From Antedon mediterranea (taxonomy: Eukaryota > Animalia > Echinodermata), in NCBI RefSeq assembly GCF_964355755.1, contig NC_092671.1, positions 6,944,001 to 7,008,000 on the forward strand: a stretch of 64,000 nt of DNA, given 5' to 3'. The translations under genes and the position numbers were made by a program. Of the stretch, positions 42,077 to 64,000 are shown in pieces (position 1 is the first letter of the stretch; each line of letters begins with the position of its first letter). The notes below the pieces were generated by a model. That model was given only the letters and a program-made list of their open reading frames with translations. It ran no database searches and was not told where the DNA came from.

Positions 42077-42454
42077 CTAATTGCGTGTGATCTGATTGGT
42101 GTATTATAAATAAATTCATCGCGATGAATTTTTCAGTAGATGTAATGAGACAGTTCAGTAGATGTAATGACAGTTAATTTAATTGTTCTGCTCTTTTTGT
42201 ACAAATCTATACTACTTTATATTATGGATTTTGTAGTACTGTTAAAATTATTAAATCTCTGGAAGTGTGTTTTACGAGTATGTCCGCAAATTTATGCGTT
42301 TACGGTTTTAAAATGTGAGTTTTAAATAGCGAACATGATCTTGTTAGGTGCACTACGCACGCAGTATTCCAAAATGTCTTACTAATTGGGAGAAAATCAT
42401 ATTGTATCATATCATATTATATCCATTCTTTAAATTCATATTCTTTATCCAAAA

Positions 42455-43880
42455 CTAAATTGGTATAGTAAAACACAGTGCTAGCAATTTATCATATTAT
42501 TAAATGTTTCATATTCTTTATCATTGTGTTTTACTCTAATCAAATTGGTATAGTAAAACACAGTGCTAAATTGCTATGTGAATGTCATTTATCATATTTT
42601 TAAATGTTTCCTATTCTTTATCATTGTGCTTTACCATAACCAAATTGGTTATAGTAAAACACAGTGCTAAATTGCTATGTAAATGTTATATATCATATTA
42701 TTAAATTCCTATTCTTTATCATTGTGTTTTACTCTAACCAAATTGGTTATAGTAAAACACAGTGATAAATTGCTATGTAAATGTAATTTATCATATTATT
42801 AAATGTTTCCTATTCTTTATCATTGTGTTTTACTCTAACCAAATTGGTTATAGTAAAACACAGTGATAAATTGCTATGTAAATGTAATTTATCATGTTAT
42901 TAAATGTTTCCTATTCTTTATCGTTGAGTTTTACTCTAATCAAATTGGTTATAGTAAAACACAGTGCTAAATTGCTATGTAAATGTTATATATCATATTA
43001 TTAAATGTTTCCTATTCTTTATCATTGTGTTTTACTCTAATCTGATTGGTTATAGTAAAACAAAGTGCTAAATTGCTATGTGAATGTCATTTATCATGTT
43101 ATTAAATGTTTCTTATTCTTTATCATTGTGTTTTACTCTAACCAAATTGGTTATAGTAAAACACAGTGATAAATTGCTATGTAAATGTAATTTATCATAT
43201 TATTAAATGTTTCCTATTCTTTATCATTGTGTTTTACTCTAACCAAATTGGTTATAGTAAAACACAGTGATAAATTGCTATGTAAATGTAATTTATCATG
43301 TTATTAAATGTTTCCTATTCTTTATCGTTGTGTTTTACTCTAATCAAATTGGTTATAGTAAAACACAGTGCTAAATTGCTATGTAAATGTTATATATCAT
43401 ATTATTAAATGTTTCCTATTCTTTATCATTGTGTTTTACTCTAATCTGATTGGTTATAGTAAAACACAGTGCTAAATTGCTATGTGAATGTCATTTATGT
43501 TATTAAATGTTTCCTATTCTTTATCATTGTGCTTTACTCTAACCAAATTGGTTATAGTAAAACACAGTGCTAAATTGCTAAATGTCATTTATCATGTTAT
43601 TAAATGTTTCTTATTCTTTATCATTGTGTTTTACTCTAACCAAATTGGTTATAGTAAAACACAGTGCTAAATTGCTATGTAAATGTAATTTATCATATTA
43701 TTAAATGTTTCCTATTCTTTATCATTGTGTTTTACTCTAACCAAATTGGTTATAAGTTATTTAATTTCATTTCAAAAGACATTTACCTAAATTGCTATTT
43801 AAATGTCATTTATCAAATTATTAAATGTTTCCTATTATTTATCTGGTTATATAGTAAAACACTGTGCTAAATTGCTATTG
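42455..43880 (-). repeat. Inverted array of the same ~100-bp monomer (about 14 copies)
   Basis: AAATTGCTATGTAAATG...TTCCTATTCTTTATCATTGTGTTTTACTCTAACCAAATTGGTTATAGTAAAACACAGTGCT is the reverse complement of the left monomer. Confidence 0.97.
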
Positions 43881-44097
43881 TATTAAGGACGAGTTCCGAG
43901 AAGATGTATTCAAAGCTACAACCAATCAGAACAGTGTTAATCAATATAGTCCATGGCTACAGCCAATCAGAAACGTCCAAATCGCAATAACCCCTAGGCT
44001 AATAGAAATTATTGGTCCGAGTAGCCTTTTCAACCAGACGTTGCGAGGTTTAAAAAGTAAAACATGATTTACTCGCCAATTTGGTATAGTTTATATA

Positions 44098-44216
44098 CCT
44101 GCTGTCGGACGGCATTTGATTGATAGTTCAATGGTGGTTGTAAGGTGCTTAGAATTGACTTGACAAAAGAGGAATCGCAGCTCTCTCCTAGAATGTTTAA
44201 CAAACTTCAGTGACAG
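44098..44216 (+). other. Probable non-coding first exon of the WDR49-like gene
   Basis: Ends in the donor CAG|GTAATG (44216/44217); the next acceptor ttttccag (exon start 45138) is 2 nt before the ATG; contains a short uORF MFNKLQ*. The 5' boundary is unknown. Confidence 0.55.
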
Positions 44217-45139
44217 GTAATGAAATTGTTTTCATGATTTTAAATTGCTAATAGAACTTTAAACTTTTAAAGTATTATTTTGAGAGTTATTTTATCGCCA
44301 CCCAGGAGTAGGCTTAAAGTTTTAAGCTGGTGACCAAAGTTGTTTTTAACTTAGCCACCGTGACGCAGCCCTGGTTTTGGGGTGAGAGATGGTTGAACAA
44401 TTTGGTAGATTAGTACACCTGCCTACATTATAGTCTAGATCTGTTTTTCGATTTTATAGGCTTGAACGAAGTAATAATGAATTGCAAAGTCTTATATTTA
44501 TAAGTAAATGTTAACAGATTTAATTATATAACAAGTATTTCATATTCTGTTTGTTGAAATTATTGCTTACCTTCCTTTTACTGTTAATTTTAATATGAAT
44601 GATTATGGACAGTTTTAAACTTGGTTATTTTAACCTGAAACCTCTTATGGTCGAAGCTAAATTATTAGCCTAAGGAATCTTCGGATCACTTGGCATGCAT
44701 TGATTCTTAAACTAGTTTCGTTAGAATAGAGTTTCTTGATTAGTGCTTTGTTTATTGATTTGTATTGTATTGTATTGTTCGTCTCATGTCTTCCTTGCTT
44801 TAATAACATTGCTCGGAAATTAGACATTATTTGCAGTGTTATTAATCTGTTACTTTAACAGTTTTTTTTAACGATTGAAACTTAAGTGACCATCTAAACT
44901 GATTTAGTATAGGCTAGGTTTCAATCTTTCAATTGTCATTGAAAAAGATAGGCAAATATGCTATGGTAGGCCTATATACAAAAAATACAGAGAAGGTAGT
45001 TAATTTTCCACAATTTTTTTGTAAATGTTGTCATAGGTATTTTTCGTACTTTATAATTTGACAAACTTACTATTGAAAATTTAATTTATAATATAGTCTT
45101 TATATGACATTTACTTAATTTAGGTATTTTTTTCCAGAT

Positions 45140-62486
<17,347 letters not shown>

Positions 62487-62629
62487 TTTATCATTTTGCT
62501 ACAGTACGTTCATTTGCGAAGTCATGACAGGGTCACCAATCATGAAAATTCTCATTGTCATCAACTAAGTCACAATTCTGATATTGTCTTCCAACTTTTT
62601 GGTTCATTGTTTATATATTATTTATTTAT

Positions 62630-63510
62630 TATCATGGGCAAGCATCCTGCAGAAGGAATTATCATAGGAGCATTTATCGTGCAGGGTTTCACATAATCAA
62701 CTAACAAAGACAACCATGCTTTTTCAACTTCTACATTGCTAGTATTACCTCTTCATTGGAAGAATTAATTGCTTTTAATAACTTGATGCAGTAATGTGAC
62801 TCTTGATTGATCATATCGACAAATATTACCAAGATCATCATACAAGCCCCAGACATAGGCCTACAAGCAAGTAGTAAGGTATGATTTATTATCTTTGAAT
62901 GGGCGGCATCTTCTCAATGGAGAGATCGAATCTGGAGACTACAGAAACTAATAATTTGGCTACATTTTATACTAATCATATACATGCTTCATATTAAGAT
63001 TAACTCAGACAGCATCCTATGGCGAGGCCTGACGTGTCTTCTATTCATCTTGTTGTTTAAAGTACTCTCAACAACCTAACAACGATATTTCAAGACGACT
63101 CGGGCCTCGTTGTACACCGCTGTCTGAGTTGGCATTAGTATACATGAAAAGATTTTCATATCCATCCAGTCCATTTGTATACACCTAATAAATCACTATG
63201 TTCTAGTTAGCATAAACCAACCATATCCCCAAATTCAAAACCCTCAAACCTAAATGTATTTCTAACTTATCTTCACAATTTTGACGTTTCAAGTTTTAAA
63301 AACAAGATGTGTTCAATTTGCTGGTACGTTATACTTTCAGGGCGAAACACTGTAGATGAACATATAAAGAAATTGCAGCCGTTATTTTACCATGGAAAGG
63401 TAACTGCCCCACGGCCATCCACAGGGTTTACTCTGAGCATTGAAGATATGATATATGAATTTTGAGTAAAATACTGTATAATAATTGAATAATCTATTAA
63501 TTTATAAGCT
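62630..63510 (-). pseudogene. Possible decayed discoidin (F5/8 type C) domain gene relic
   Basis: Interrupted minus-strand frames give YIISSMLRVNPVDGRGAVTFPW*NNGC, RLEISLLGC*, LGL...SIKSHITASSY and AWLSLLVDYVKPCTI, echoing F5/8C motifs; many stops and frameshifts. Confidence 0.35.
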
Positions 63511-64000
63511 GAAAATTCCTTAAATACGATTTAAAAATTAAATTTAATATTTTCATAAAAAGAAAAATGACCTACCTATAGTAAGACTTGACAAATAAAC
63601 TACACTACATTTATAGTAAGCATAACTGAAAAAAAAGTTTCAAAATAGGTTAATCAGTATAAGATCATTGCAAAGCCTAGAAACTTTACAGTGTATAGAT
63701 CTTCCATGTACAGTAAATTATAGCTACTGACATATCTTTATTTGTATTAATTGATTGCATTTATATTTTAATTAATCTGATTACAGACTAGCATATCCTT
63801 TAATTTATATATTTGCATCACATTCCAATGGGCACTGTTTTTTTTTTTTTGGCCTTTTGTTTATAGTACATAAAAGTCAACCGTTTTGAAATGTATAGAT
63901 AGATAGAGTTATTTTACCTCTTATATTGTAAATAGCTTTGACAATTTTATTAAAATAATAACTATTCAATGAAATGATTATGATTATGTGCGTTTATATG

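Larger units (their letters stand above)
34725..44091. mobile_element. 9.4-kb non-coding composite inverted-repeat element (foldback- or Crypton-like)
   Basis: TATATA on both sides (34719-34724, 44092-44097); perfect 34-bp inverted repeat ATACCAAATTGGCGAGTAAATCATGTTTTACTTT at 34729-34762 and 44054-44087; oppositely oriented internal arrays; no real ORF. Confidence 0.75.

Noticed and set aside
35053-43870. ORFs MSFIILL.../MIEHIV...SMKIA.../MTSYSN... inside the large element
   Set aside because: They are translations of tandem repeats with no splice structure or domain signature.
35111-43880. CRISPR-like look of regularly spaced palindromic repeats
   Set aside because: The intervening sequences are near-identical rather than unique spacers, there are no cas genes and the context is eukaryotic; it is a tandem satellite.

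Overview
AT-rich eukaryotic (invertebrate metazoan) genomic DNA with spliceosomal GT-AG introns; most supplied ORFs are artefacts or exon fragments. Three host genes can be rebuilt by hand: the 5' part of an A20-zinc-finger ZFAND5/6-like gene (minus strand, runs off the left edge), a complete SPOP/roadkill gene (plus, 8 coding exons, 13808-31422) and a complete EF-hand + WD40 WDR49/CFAP337-like gene (plus, 29 coding exons, 45140-62486, about 1114 aa). Introns hold many MITEs, SINEs and LINE fragments. Main findings: (1) a 9.4-kb non-coding nested inverted-repeat element (34725-44091) with TATATA direct repeats, 34-bp subterminal inverted repeats and opposed arrays of a 100-bp palindromic monomer, apparently inserted between an RFX X-box and the first exon of the ciliary gene; (2) strong local enrichment of TACAGTA/TACTGTA and TAGGCCTA, which look like accumulated transposon-excision footprints; (3) SPOP appears to start at a CUG codon. 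Family assignments come from memory of the families; no database search was run.
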